Assembly (NCBI GenBank): GCA_043228905.1
Contig: JBHGNT010000018.1
Coordinates: forward strand, 1,178,001 to 1,242,000
Reading direction: 5' to 3'
Origin: Azolla caroliniana
Taxonomy: Eukaryota > Plantae > Polypodiophyta
Length of the DNA stretch: 64,000 nucleotides
In this document: positions 1-11,980 of the stretch, piece after piece
How the letters are laid out: each line of letters starts with the position of its first letter
Numbering within the stretch: the first letter of the stretch is position 1
The notes under the pieces: model-generated
The model's database searches: none
Told to the model about the DNA's origin: nothing
The model's input: only the letters and a program-made list of their open reading frames with translations
Position numbers and translations under genes: made by a program

Positions 1-1484
1 GAGCAATATGTCGTCGGGGGTTCAGATCACCTCGATCCCAAGGAAATAGTGAAGGTCCCCCGGGTCCTTCATCTCAAATGCGTCTGACAGTTGGGACTTC
101 ACTCGGCTAATTTCATCGAGTCTGGGTCCGGTGATGACTAGATCATCAACATACAATAAGATGCAAACCGGACCATCCAGACCTTGCTGGATGAACAACG
201 AAGAGTCAGACTTGGAGGCCACAACCGGTGCGTGATCTTCGCATTCCAAGTTCGGGGGGCTTGCTTCAAGCCATAAAGTGACTTCTTCAGCCAGCATACT
301 GCCGACTTGTTCATCTCCATCTGGAAACCGGGAGGTTGGGTCATAAAGACCTCTTCTTCAAGATCTCCTTGAAGAAATGCATTCTTCACGTCCATCTGGT
401 GAAGATGCCACTCCCCTATCGCAGCAACCGCCAGCACCACATGAACCGTCGTCATCTTTGCTACCGGAGCGAAGGTCTCGTTGTAGTCGATTCCGTGGGT
501 CTACGCGTATCCCTTCGCCACTAACTGGGCCTTGTACCGGTTAACTGAACCGTCGGCATTGTACTTTACCTTGTACACCCATTTACATCCAATCGGTTTA
601 CAATGTCGGGGAGGGTCAACTAGGTCCCATGTGTTGTTGGCACGCCAATTTGCGTCGTTGGCCGCTTCTGTGTAGCTCTCCAGCTCACGCACTTCCGCCA
701 CCTTGGTCATGTACGCATAGTGATGCGCCATGTACTCATTGTACTCGTACCGCTTTACGGGGTTCTTCTGACGGGAAGACCGGTGTAACTTATCGTTATC
801 CGGTTTGAGGCCCTTCTTGGCCAGTGCAGTCTTTGGTGCCGAAGATCCGCCTTCATCCTTTCCGGAGTCGGATTCGCCCCGATCCGACTCAACGTTGGTT
901 TCGTATTCCGGCATCTTCTTCTTCCCCTTCTCTTTGTGCGTGAACCGTCTCCTCGATTCCTTGCGCGGGGAGAGCACGACAGAGTCTCCATTACTCGCCG
1001 GTTCGTCATCCGACTGGTTATCCCGACTCAGCCGCACATTCGGTCCACTTAACCGAAATGAGATCGGACTCTCTTCTAGAGTGCCGAGGTCTTCGTCTTC
1101 TATCTGGACCGGTTCATGCTCACTAGCCTCATCCTCCGGTATCGGGTTGGGGTCAGAAGTCGGATCCGGTAAAGCATACCATGATGCCGTCTCATCAAAC
1201 TCAACATCTCGGCTAACTCGAGCCTGCTTCGTTTGGGGTTTACAGCATTTATACCCCTTTTGCTCATGCGAGTAACCGACCAGGATGCATTTCTCCGACT
1301 TTGCATCCAACTTCCTCTGCTTCTCATTCAGCTGATGCACATATGCAATGCTACCGAATATCCGAAGGTGTTTCAAATTCGGCTTGCGCCCGAAATACAG
1401 CTCATGCACGAACACCTTGTCACCGATCCAGTTATGGATGTAGACAGCCGTCTGGACCACCTCCACCCAATACAAATGGGGAAT

Positions 1485-2112
1485 TGTTGGGAAACAGGTC
1501 CCTCCGGATGGGAAGGTATGAACCGGATGGGGAGTACCCGACTGCGGAGAGTCGGATGGTGTAGGCCCGGTATGAACCGGATGAGGAGTACCCGACTGTG
1601 GAGAGTCGGATGGTGTAGGCCCGGTATGAACCGGATGAGGAGTACTCGACTGCGGAGAACCGGATGAGGAGTACCCGACTGCGGAGAGCCGGATGGGGAG
1701 TACCCGACTGCGGAGAGCCGGATGGAACCCATCGAGGCTACATTTGTAAATAGCCGAAAAGTCATACTAGTATAAATATGACTTAGGGCAAACTTGTAGT
1801 TGTTGTCGTTTTTTGTTATTATTCCTCCTTGTTGGTGCAAGAAGAAATCAGAGCGCGTAACTGTACAGAGAGAGAGAGAGAGAGAGACGAGGTCGTTGCC
1901 TCAGTGAACTCACTGTTGTATATTTCTGCATAGTGACAGTTTGCAGCTTGTGGGCTGCCGTGGTTTTTCCCCTATTTTGGGGTTTTCCACGTATACCTCC
2001 TGTGTACCATTTCTCCTCTTTTGTGTCGCATTTCATTACCTACTTTTCTGTGTATGAAAAGAAGCTCGATTGTGGCCGAGCGTCGGACATAAGGAACATC
2101 GAGTTCTCAACA
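1485..2112 (+). repeat. 5' LTR of element B (628 bp)
   Basis: tgttggg...tcaaca; near-identical to 6188-6845; contains TATAAAT and (AG)10. Confidence 0.95.
1515..1725 (+). repeat. Tandem 54-bp and 29-bp repeats in LTR U3 (also ~6277-6458)
   Basis: ggtatgaaccggatg units start at 1515, 1569 and 1623, followed by 29-bp ccggatggggagtacccgactgcggagag units. Confidence 0.9.
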
Positions 2113-2114
2113 AG

Positions 2115-2126
2115 TGGTATTAGAGC
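2115..2126 (+). promoter_or_regulatory. Primer-binding site, tRNA-iMet (one mismatch)
   Basis: TGGTATTAGAGC vs canonical TGGTATCAGAGC, 2 nt after the LTR. Confidence 0.85.
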
Positions 2127-2142
2127 AAAATCGACACAAAAA

Positions 2143-5100
2143 ATGGACGAATCGTTTGGCGGCATGTTCAAGCTCACCGGCTCCAACTATTCAGTGTGGA
2201 AGTCAAAGATGAGGGACATGCTCGTGGTTAAAGACCTCTGGCTGCCGGTTCAGTTCGGGGACAAAATCGACGCCGCGATATGGGAGGTGATGCACATGAA
2301 GACAACGGCGTACATACGGTGCTTCATCGACATGAGCCTGTACAACAACTTCAATGAAGAGAGCAAGGCTCATGAGCTCTGGGAGAAGATCGGCATAATG
2401 TTCCAGAACAAAAATGTTGTCAATCAAGTGTCGGTATTCCGGAAGCTAGTAAGACTCCGGTACCAAGATGGCTCCAGCATGGCGGAGCATATGAATGCCT
2501 TCCAGGGGCTGATCCACCAGACAACGTCATTGGAAGTACCTCTTGCCGATGAGGTCCTAGCACTACTCCTGCTCGGTTCCCTCCCGGATAGCTGGGAGAC
2601 GTTGGTTGTCACTTTGGGCAACGCCGGGCCGGAAGGAAAACGGTTATCCCTAGCAAGAGTAAAGTCGAGCTTGCTAGATGAGGAGGCTCGTCGGAAAGAC
2701 AAAGATACGAGCTCCGACTCCAAAGCACTCCTTACCGAATCGGAACGCGGAAGACATAGAAACCGTAGTCCCCAGAACCGGGAGAAGTCGGGGACACAGT
2801 CAAAGTCAAGGGGGAGGCCTACTTGCTTCTATTGCGGCAAGCCGGGACACTTCCAAAAGAACTGTCGGCATTTCCGTAAAGACAAGGAAACCAACGGTAC
2901 CGATTCGAAGCAAACCCCGAACCGGAACGGTAAAGACCGGAGGGGGCCGGACCGGAAGGGAACGACGGCAATTGCGGCAAGTGAAGAGGAGTTGATGCTC
3001 ATCACCGAGGAGAGTGAGATAAACCATGCCGGCGATGAGATGACCTGGGTGGTAGACTTCGGAGCGTCGTTCCACCTTACCCCGGACCGGAAATGCTTCT
3101 CATCCTACTCAGCCGGTGATTACGGCTGTGTCCGGATGGGGAATGAAGGAACATGCCGAATTGTCGGCATAGGAGATGTGTGGCTGACAACACCAACCGG
3201 ATGCAAGTTGCTGTTGAAGGATGTCCGACACGTTCCGGAAGTTCGTCTGAACCTGATATCAGCTGGTCGGCTGGATGATGAAGGCTACACGGGTAGCATC
3301 CGGAACGGTGTCATGAAGTTCAGCAAAGGGAGCCTGATTGTGGCTCGGGCCCGGAAGGTAAACACACTGTACCTGATGAATGCCCGGTTATGTCCGGAAG
3401 AAGTGAACGTGGCTTCTGACACTACTAGTGAGCTGTGGCACAAGAGGCTATGTCACATGAGTGAGAAGGGGATGAAGAGGCTTGTAGACGACAACCTCAT
3501 CCCAGTGAAGAACGTTCATTTAGAGAAGTGCACTGATTGTCTGGCCGGTAAGCAGAACCAGACCTCCTTCCGACCAAGGCCACCGATGAGACGTAATGCA
3601 CCACTGGAGTTGGTGCATACGGATGTTTGTCAAGTAGACACGAAGTCACATGCCGGAGCGCAGTACTTCGTGACGTTCATAGATGACCACAGCCGGAAGC
3701 TGTGGGCCACACCGCTAAAGACGAAGGATCAGGTGTTATCCGTCTTCAAAGAGCTCCACGCGAGAGTGGAAAAAGAAACCGGCCGGAAGCTGAAGGCGGT
3801 TCGAGCAGATAACGGAGGTGAGTACCGGGGGCAGTTCGAAGAGTACTGCCGCTCGAAGGGAATCCGGCTCGAATTTACCGTGCCGAAGACGCCGGAACTA
3901 AACGGACTGGCCGAGAGGATGAACCGGACCATAATGGAGAGGGTCCGGAGTATGCTAGCGCATGCAAAACTACCCAAGAAGTTTTGGGCTGAGGCACTGT
4001 CGACGGCGACATATGTGATAAACAGATCACCCTCAGTACCCTTGGACGGAGACACGCCACAGAGAGTATGGACCGGTAAGGAAGTGTCCTACAGGCATCT
4101 GAGGGTGTTCGGGTGTCTCGCGTACGTGCATGTAGCAAAGGACCGGAGAGGAAAGCTAGATCCAAAGACCCGGCCATGCATATTCCTCGGTTACGGTGAC
4201 GATGAGTTCGGCTACCGAGTGTGGGACCCGGTCGACAAGAAGGTATTCCGGAGTCGAGATATTATCTTCATGGAGGACAAGACGCTCGCCGACTGGGAGT
4301 CGGAGAAGAAGATAATGAACTCCGAGTCGACCGGTAAGGATAGACTCTACAATGAGCAGACCCAACCGGCAAGAGACCGGTTAGCACTCGAGGAACCAGC
4401 CGGTTACGGTGAGGATACCGAACCGGCAGAAGAAGAAGTAGAGGAAGCTGAGACCGGAACCGGTCAAGACCCCGAATCGGATTCGGATGAAGAGCAAATG
4501 GAGGAACCGATTACCGAAGCCCGAAGACGTAGATATCCTCTCAGAGAGAGAAGGGCGCCCCGGAGATTTCCGGATGCAGAGCATGTCCTGCTGACCGATG
4601 AGGGGGAGCCGGAAAGCTTCGAAGAAGTGAAGGTTGACACCCACAGCCGAAAATGGTTAAGTGCCATGCAGGATGAGATGGATTCCCTGCATGAGAACCA
4701 TACGTACGAATTGGTGGAGCTGCCGAAAGGAAAGCGGGCACTCCGAAACAAGTGGGTGTTCAAGTTGAAACCGGGAGATGCCGGCAACCTCCCGAGATAC
4801 AAAGCCAGGATCGTGGTAAAGGGGTTCCAGCAGAAGAAGGGCGTGGACTTCGACGAAATATTCGCCCTGGTAGTAAAGATGACCTCCATCCGGACGATGC
4901 TGAGTATAGCAGCAAGCATGGATCTCGAGGTAGAGCAGCTCGACGTGAAGACGGCATTCCTTCACGGCGACCTCGAAGAGGAGATCTACATGCAGCAACC
5001 GGAAGGATTTGTGGAGAAAGGGAAGGAGCACCTGGTATGCCGGTTGAAGAAGAGCCTATACGGACTGAAGCAGGCTCCCCGGCAATGGTATCAGAAGTTC

Positions 5101-6177
5101 GACTCCTTCATGACCGATCAAGGGTACCACAAGACACAGGCCGATCACTGCGTGTTTGTGAAGAAGTTCGAAGGAGGGGACTTCCTGATACTCCTCCTGT
5201 ACGTGGATGACATGTTGATCGTCGGACGAGACCAAGGCAAAATACGGATGCTAAAGAAGGCTCTCAACCGGACCTTCTCAATGAAAGACTTGGGTCCGGC
5301 AAGACAGATGTTGGTGATGCACATCATTCGGGACCGGTCAGTGAAGCAATTATGGCTGTCACAGGAGAAGTACGTGACAAAGGTGCTTCACAGGTTCAAC
5401 ATGTCAGATGCAAAACCGGTCGGATCGACACTTCCGGCAAACTGCAAGTTGTCCGGCAAGCAAAGCCCGAAGACAAAAGGAGAGAAGGCAGATATGATGA
5501 AGATTCCATATGCCTCTGCCGTCAGGAGCTTGATGTATGCAATGGTTTGTACCCGACCGGACATTGGATACGCAGTCGGAGTGGTGAGCCGGTTTATGAG
5601 CAATCCCGGCAAGGAGCATTGGAACGCGGTCAAGTGGATACTCCGGTATTTGAAGGGCACTTCAAATATGTGTCTCCGATTCGGCTCCGGAAAACCTCAA
5701 CTGGACGGTTTCACCGATTCGGACATGTCGGCTGATGTGGATACCAGCCGGTCTACATCCGGGAATGTGATGACATATGCAGGGGGAGCTATTTCGTGGC
5801 AGTCGAGGCTGCAGAAGACGGTTGCATTGTCAACCACAGAGGCGGAGTACATGGCGGCTGTAGAAGCCGGCAAGGAAATATTATGGATGAAGGACTTCAT
5901 CAGAGAGCTCGGTATCCGGCAAGAGGAATACCGACTCTACTGCGACAGTCAAAGTGTCATCCACCTTGCTAAGAATGCGGCCTACCATTCCCGGACGAAG
6001 CATATCCAGCGGAGGTATCACTGGATCCGGGAAAGGGTAGATGACCAGGAGTTCGCACTGACGAAGATCCACACGGCCGAGAACGGGTCAGATATGCTGA
6101 CCAAAGTGCTGACACCCGACAAGCTGGACGCATGCCGGAAGAGGATCGGGCTGAAAAGACACCCCATGCTGGAGTGA
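2143..6177 (+). CDS. Copia gag-pol polyprotein (1344 aa): gag, CCHC knuckle, protease, integrase, RT, RNase H
   Basis: First ATG after the PBS; CFYCGKPGHFQKNC; WHKRLCH..CTDC; LVHTDV, ADNGGEY, NGLAER; QLDVKTAFLHG, YVDDML; DSD..EAEY..CDS. Stop abuts the PPT aagggggag. Confidence 0.93.
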   Translation: MDESFGGMFKLTGSNYSVWKSKMRDMLVVKDLWLPVQFGDKIDAAIWEVMHMKTTAYIRCFIDMSLYNNFNEESKAHELWEKIGIMFQNKNVVNQVSVFRKLVRLRYQDGSSMAEHMNAFQGLIHQTTSLEVPLADEVLALLLLGSLPDSWETLVVTLGNAGPEGKRLSLARVKSSLLDEEARRKDKDTSSDSKALLTESERGRHRNRSPQNREKSGTQSKSRGRPTCFYCGKPGHFQKNCRHFRKDKETNGTDSKQTPNRNGKDRRGPDRKGTTAIAASEEELMLITEESEINHAGDEMTWVVDFGASFHLTPDRKCFSSYSAGDYGCVRMGNEGTCRIVGIGDVWLTTPTGCKLLLKDVRHVPEVRLNLISAGRLDDEGYTGSIRNGVMKFSKGSLIVARARKVNTLYLMNARLCPEEVNVASDTTSELWHKRLCHMSEKGMKRLVDDNLIPVKNVHLEKCTDCLAGKQNQTSFRPRPPMRRNAPLELVHTDVCQVDTKSHAGAQYFVTFIDDHSRKLWATPLKTKDQVLSVFKELHARVEKETGRKLKAVRADNGGEYRGQFEEYCRSKGIRLEFTVPKTPELNGLAERMNRTIMERVRSMLAHAKLPKKFWAEALSTATYVINRSPSVPLDGDTPQRVWTGKEVSYRHLRVFGCLAYVHVAKDRRGKLDPKTRPCIFLGYGDDEFGYRVWDPVDKKVFRSRDIIFMEDKTLADWESEKKIMNSESTGKDRLYNEQTQPARDRLALEEPAGYGEDTEPAEEEVEEAETGTGQDPESDSDEEQMEEPITEARRRRYPLRERRAPRRFPDAEHVLLTDEGEPESFEEVKVDTHSRKWLSAMQDEMDSLHENHTYELVELPKGKRALRNKWVFKLKPGDAGNLPRYKARIVVKGFQQKKGVDFDEIFALVVKMTSIRTMLSIAASMDLEVEQLDVKTAFLHGDLEEEIYMQQPEGFVEKGKEHLVCRLKKSLYGLKQAPRQWYQKFDSFMTDQGYHKTQADHCVFVKKFEGGDFLILLLYVDDMLIVGRDQGKIRMLKKALNRTFSMKDLGPARQMLVMHIIRDRSVKQLWLSQEKYVTKVLHRFNMSDAKPVGSTLPANCKLSGKQSPKTKGEKADMMKIPYASAVRSLMYAMVCTRPDIGYAVGVVSRFMSNPGKEHWNAVKWILRYLKGTSNMCLRFGSGKPQLDGFTDSDMSADVDTSRSTSGNVMTYAGGAISWQSRLQKTVALSTTEAEYMAAVEAGKEILWMKDFIRELGIRQEEYRLYCDSQSVIHLAKNAAYHSRTKHIQRRYHWIRERVDDQEFALTKIHTAENGSDMLTKVLTPDKLDACRKRIGLKRHPMLE

Positions 6178-6187
6178 AGGGGGAGTT

Positions 6188-6845
6188 TGTTGGGAAATAG
6201 GTCCCTCCGGATGGGAAGGTAGAAGAACAGTGTCGACGAACAAACTCGGCCGAGGCCGACAGGCCAAGGCCGAACCGGTATGAACCGGATGGGGAGTACC
6301 CGACTGCGGAGAGTCGGATGGTGTAGGCCCGGTATGAACCGGATGAGGAGTACCCGACTGTGGAGAGTCGGATGGTGTAGGCCCGGTATGAACCGGATGA
6401 GGAGTACCCGACTGCGGAGAGCCGGATGGGGAGTACCCGACTGCGGAGAGCCGGATGGAACCCATCGAGGCTACATTTGTAAATAGCCGAAAAGTCATAC
6501 TAGTATAAATATGACTTAGGGCAAACTTGTAGTTGTTGTCGTTTTTTGTTATTATTCCTCCTTGTTGGTGCAAGAAGAAATCAGAGCGCATAACTGTACA
6601 GAGAGAGAGAGAGAGAGAGACGAGGTCGTTGCCTCAGTGATCTCACTGTTGTATATTTCTGCATAGTGACAGTTTGCAGCTTGTGGGCTGCCGTGGTTTT
6701 TCCCCTATTTTGGGGTTTTCCACGTATACCTCCTGTGTACCATTTCTCCTCTTTTGTGTCGCGTTTCATTACCTGCTTTTCTGTGTATGAAAAGAAGCTC
6801 GGTTGTGGCCGAGCGTCGGACATAAGGAACGTCGAGTTCTCAACA
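6188..6845 (+). repeat. 3' LTR of element B (658 bp)
   Basis: Follows the PPT; TG..CA; followed by TSD GGAAT. Confidence 0.95.
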
Positions 6846-8826
6846 GGAATGCTCTTCTCCTCCAGCATTGCCCTTGCCGCATCGACAATCGACCGGTTCT
6901 TCCTTTCGGCCACACCGTTTTGCTCCGTGTGTATCTGCAGTTGAACTCTCTCTAAATTCCTTTTTGCTGCAGATAATTGTAGTATGGTTTACTTCAATGC
7001 TCACTCGAGCGTCTGACACTAACTACGAGACTATTAATTATCTAGTAGTCTAGGCTACTACTAGGCTTCCGGTTACTGTTTGATTCAGCTAACCGGCTCC
7101 TTGGTTGACCAGCTCAATTGCTCACCGGCTCACCGATCCGGCTTCATCCTCCCGGATGCCGATCCGGCTCAGGCTTATTCAGCCGATCCGGATTCGGTTG
7201 AGCTTGCCGCTCAACAGTGCTCCTATTTATCAAATCAGTAGATGAGAAAGATTGAAGAGATCTTGGACTACTATTAGAGAATGATGAAGGCCTCATTTCT
7301 GATTGGGCAGCAGTGAAGAGAGCATGTGGACGTTTTAATAAGCGTCGACAATGGGACAACAAGACAAGATTGAATGTTGCAGCTCAAATTGGCCGGCAAG
7401 CTCACAACGCGAGACAAGAACCACAAGCCCAAAGACCAATGGATGATGAAGTGGCTCAGCCCACAGATGGAGCCAGAATGGATGAACTTGTAGACATGCT
7501 TCGAGAGATGAGAATTTCTCAAATTAGAAAGGAGGAAACTCAAAGTTTCCCGGGTCGTCACCTGGACTTTCCTTGGAACACCAGCGGAGAGATTGCTCAA
7601 AATTCCAAAATGCCCTCCAACGAGATATCATTTATCTCTCCAACAATCGGATTCACTCCTCGGTGACACAACGTCCTCTTAATACCAACTTTGGCCGAGG
7701 AGGTATGAAGAAGTTGATGGAGGAAATGGAAGAAAACAAAGTGAATAGTGTTTACTATTCCTCATCTACTGGAATTCGAGCTAGACACTAGACGAGAGCC
7801 CAAGAATCTGAAGTAGGAGAATTTTGGTCAATCATATTGAATCAAGTCGGAAAAGGGAAGCTTTGCATGAATGAGGCACTCAAAGCAGAACGAAGAGTTC
7901 AAGAAATGACGGGATGGGAGGACCCTGTGGAGGAGAAGTCTAGCTTCGTCGAGGCCATGTGTCAAAACTACGACGTCCTAGTTGAAGAGAAACGAAAAAG
8001 ACCAGATGACCAATCAGGCCCTTCAAAGAAACATGACACAAGAGAAGTTGTTTGAAGAAGGGAGGAATCATCACCGCCCCAAACAATAACCGAAAGAGGG
8101 AAGGAAAGAATCGGACCAACGTTCAAACTACACTCAGAGATAGAGCAATCCACCGACCTTAAGCGTGTGATGGAAGAAAGAATCCTAGATAGCCGAATCG
8201 AGTTCACACTACGGGAGGTCTTAGGAATTGCAAAGAAAGAATTTCATGATGTCATCATTGACTTAATAAAGAGGAAGAGACGGACGACAAGTGAAGAAGA
8301 AACCAGACTAGCAAATGTCTCGACAAGCGCTATCACAACAGAAGGTCTCGAAATTGAACAAGAATTTTGCAAGGCCATATTGGGCTAGGGCCACTACCCA
8401 GACACCGGTGCGGATGGGAGATATGAAAGATTTGGTGGTAGCGCTCATTGATCATGGCCCGGAGATCAATCTCATGTCTCTTGACTTCTATCGCAAGGGT
8501 CGTTGACCCATTAATACTAGGCATGGGTGGAAGATTCGAGCGGTGAGTAGGGCAACGGAAAAGCTTCATGGGGCCTTCCCTAACGTTAAGGTAACTATTG
8601 GTGACGTTGAGCATGATCAACACTTTTTTGTACAGGAATCGGCGTCACATCCTTTCATCCTTGGCGAGCCTTACATAACAGCATCCCCGATGGAGACAAA
8701 GGTACTTGATAATGGTTCATCATATGCGCAGATACGAAGTCAAGATGGGACAAGCTCGGTTCAATTCCTCACGGTACAACCGAACCATGAAATAAATTGG
8801 CATAGCTTAGGGAAAGAAGTTAGGGA

Positions 8827-8891
8827 TGATTTTTAATTTGGGCTATTAGGGAGAGGGACAACAATAGTCCGGTACATCTAACTATGTCCCC
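8827..8891 (+). promoter_or_regulatory. Candidate -1 frameshift signal (slippery site, stop, pseudoknot) at the pro/pol junction of C
   Basis: T GAT TTT TAA; stem 1 8840-8847/8863-8870; stem 2 8855-8860/8885-8890; same register as the E copy. Confidence 0.6.
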
Positions 8892-11800
8892 AATTCAGTG
8901 TAATAAAAGTTGTCACCCCATTAATGAAAATGAAGTCTTGTTTTCTGAAAATGGGATGTGTAAAATGGAATCCTAGAAGAACAACTTAGAGAAATCAGGA
9001 TTATGAGCGAGGAAGAGGCAATAAACGAGTACATGGAGATGATATCATTTGATGATACTCTTGGGGAAATGGAGAAAGTCATCAAATCGAAACTGCAAGT
9101 CAACAAAATGATTCCAATCAACTCTATCACCTTATACACCGCCATCGACGAATACGAACAAGGTGTCGTGATGGATGAAGTCAAAGTTGATACCAAATAC
9201 AAGACTGTGGATAAGAAGGTCAAACTTGTGGTTGCTCCCTTGCCTGAAGACAGTTGGCAGTGAATAAAGGAGGTAGCACGAGATCTGTGCCTTAGAGACC
9301 CAAAAGGAGTAGGGCATGTCTTCACCGACGAAACTCGACGAAAGCTCAAAGTTGGTGGGGGTGAGTTTTGGCTTCCCAAAGAAGAGTCCAAGTTCCAGGA
9401 AATGTTGGAGCAACACAGGAAAGCATTTGCCTTTTCCCCACAAGAAATCGGATGTGTTGACCCAATGCTTGTAGAACCAATGGTTATCTTTACAATACCC
9501 CATGTGCCATGGAACTTGAAGCCAATTCTTGTTCCAAGAGCTCACATTCCAAGATTGTTGGAGCTGTTAAAAGAAAAGATTAGAATGGGAATCCTCGAGC
9601 CATCTAATGCGCCTTATTCAAATAGGTGGTTCACAGTGCCGAAAAAGAATGGAGCGCTTCGATTTATCCAAGATCTGCAACCGATAAACAAGGTCACCAT
9701 TCGTAATGTTGGTATTCGACCTAGTGTTGATGAGTTTGCGGAAGCTTTTGCAGGAAGGTCGATTTACTCGATTGGAGACTTGTATTCTGGATACGACCAA
9801 TTTCAATTGTCTTTGGATAGTCAAAACATCACAACGATGCGGACTCCCAACGGGCTAGTAAGGATGTGTACATTACCGCAAGGGGCAACTAACTCAGTGG
9901 CCCACATGATGAATGCCATGAACAAAGTACTAAGAGACTGCATCCCAGATATTACGATGCCTTTCCTCGATGATATCCCTATAAAGGGGTGCCCCGAATT
10001 AGAGAAGGACGAGTCTTTAGATCAAGATGGATGTCAAAGATTTGTCTCAAACCATATTAAAGACTGTGGAAGAGTGCTAGAAAGACTAGAAGGTGCAGGG
10101 CTCACATTCTCCGGAGAAAAATTAGCATTTGGCCAACGCGAGATCCTAGTAGTGGGACATCTTTGTGGACCATATGGACGAAAACCCTCTCCCAAGAAGG
10201 TGAATGCTATTCAAAAGATGCGAGAGGAATGTAGAACGCAGACAGAGGTCCGAAGATTCTTAGGAGCATGTGCGTTCTACCACATTTGGATTCCACACTA
10301 TGCTCATGTGGCCGAACCCTTGATAGCTTACTGAAAAAAAGGAGAAAATTCAAATGGGAACCGATACACACAGAGGCGATAAAGAGGTTAAAAGGGCTAT
10401 TGGTGGCAGCACCAGCTTTAAGGAAAGTCATCTACAAAGAAGGGATTCCCATCTACATCACAGTAGATACAAGTCCAACGGGAATTGGAGCGGTCATCAA
10501 CCAAGAAGGAGAAGATAGCATACGGTACGCCATCTGGTTCGGAGCAAAGGTTCTTAGCGAACGACAACGAGGATACACCCAAGTAAAGTGGGAACTCTAG
10601 GGTATTGTGTCTACAGTAAAAGTAGACAAGGACTATCTGATCGGGTCAAAGGTGATAATTGAAACGGATTGCCTCCCAATCCTTGGGATGATCTCCGTAT
10701 GTGCGACACTAGATCTGGCTATGTTAAGGTGGATCCCTTATATCAAGTCTTTGAACCCGGAGATCTGCCACATTGCTGGGAAGGACAATGTCATGGCTAA
10801 CATGTTGTCAAGAGCAAGATTCAAGGATGAAAGTGACATGGTTTCAGAAGATGAAAATGTCGCCCTCAACTTCTTCAAGGCAGCCCAACTGTCGGCAAAA
10901 GATAGAGGCACACCAACCCTCCACGCTTTCAACGAGAATGAGTATGAAGGGGAGTGGTTACTAATTGGCAGATTCTTGAGAACAATGATGGCAGATGCTT
11001 CATGGACGAAGGAGGAGACTCTACAAATACGAAAGAAAGCTTATCAGTACTTTCTGAGGGAGAATTCCTTTGGCGGCATCCAAAGAGAAGGACAGGGATG
11101 CCATGACAAGTAGTGGTGAAGAAAGATGACCAAACAATGTTGATGTCTGAATTCCACGAAAGTCCATGGGCAGGTCATAGAGGAACATGGGCAACGTTTG
11201 AAAAACTAAAGGAAAAGTATTGGTGGCCACGCATGTATAAATATGTACTACATTTTGTGTCCACATGCGAAAGTTGTCAAGTACATTCGAACGTACGTCG
11301 CCGTGATGGGTTGCGACCAACATACCCACTCACTGTACACTTTAAATGGATGGTGGATCTGGTCTCGATGCCAATGGGAGTGCGACAGATGAAGTACTTG
11401 GTACTAGCGAGGGAAGACTTGAAAAACCAGGTGGAAGGACAAGCCTTAGCAAATAAGACGACGACAATCGTATGCAAATTTCTACTCGAAGAGGTCGTCT
11501 GCCGATACGGATGTGTGGGAAAGATAGTGGCTGACCGAGGGGAGCTAGATGCACATTGTGAAAGATTGCTTGCGGAAGCGTTAGAAAGAACAATACACAA
11601 AGAGAGAGAGAGAGAGTACGCGGGAGAGAGAGAGAGAGAGAGAGAGCAGGACACACTATTTTTCAAAATTATATGAATACTCTGTGCTCTCTATATATAC
11701 AACGCGCTCATCAACGCTATTTATACAAGTCCACACGGGACTGTTAGAAATACGGTGTACTTCAATGCTCACACGAGCATCTGACACTAACTACAAGACT

Positions 11801-11980
11801 ATAACTGCCTAGTAGTCTAACCTATACTAGGCTTCCGGTTACGGATTGGATCCGGCATACCGGCTCCCCAGCTCACCGGTCCTTACTGCTTACCGGCTCG
11901 ATTGCTGACCGACATACCGATTCATCTCGCTTACCAACTCAGGCTTATTCAGCCGATCCGGCTCCGGTTGAGCTTGCCGC

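Larger units (their letters stand above)
1485..6845 (+). mobile_element. Full-length Ty1/Copia element B (Tnt1/Tork-like)
   Basis: Two TG..CA LTRs, perfect 5-bp TSD GGAAT (1480-1484 / 6846-6850), Met-type PBS, PPT and a single gag-pol ORF. Confidence 0.97.
1..7216 (-). mobile_element. Copia element A (D/G family), decayed, internally deleted, interrupted by element B; runs off the left edge
   Basis: Minus-strand integrase end (YWVEVVQTAVY..GSIAYVH) and RT ([30 protein letters not shown]). Integrase resumes at 6851 after B. 6981-7216 matches the terminus of the element D LTR (...gagcttgccgctcaaca). Confidence 0.9.

Noticed and set aside
1515-1725. CRISPR-like repeat array
   Set aside because: Intervening sequences are identical rather than unique spacers; it lies in an LTR of a eukaryotic retrotransposon and there are no cas genes
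1933-2142. 70-aa N-terminal extension of the 1414-aa ORF
   Set aside because: Starts at GTG inside the LTR upstream of the PBS; the real start is the ATG at 2143
4752-5210. Overlapping and antisense ORFs within TE pol regions
   Set aside because: Expected shadows of GC-rich coding sequence; no motifs
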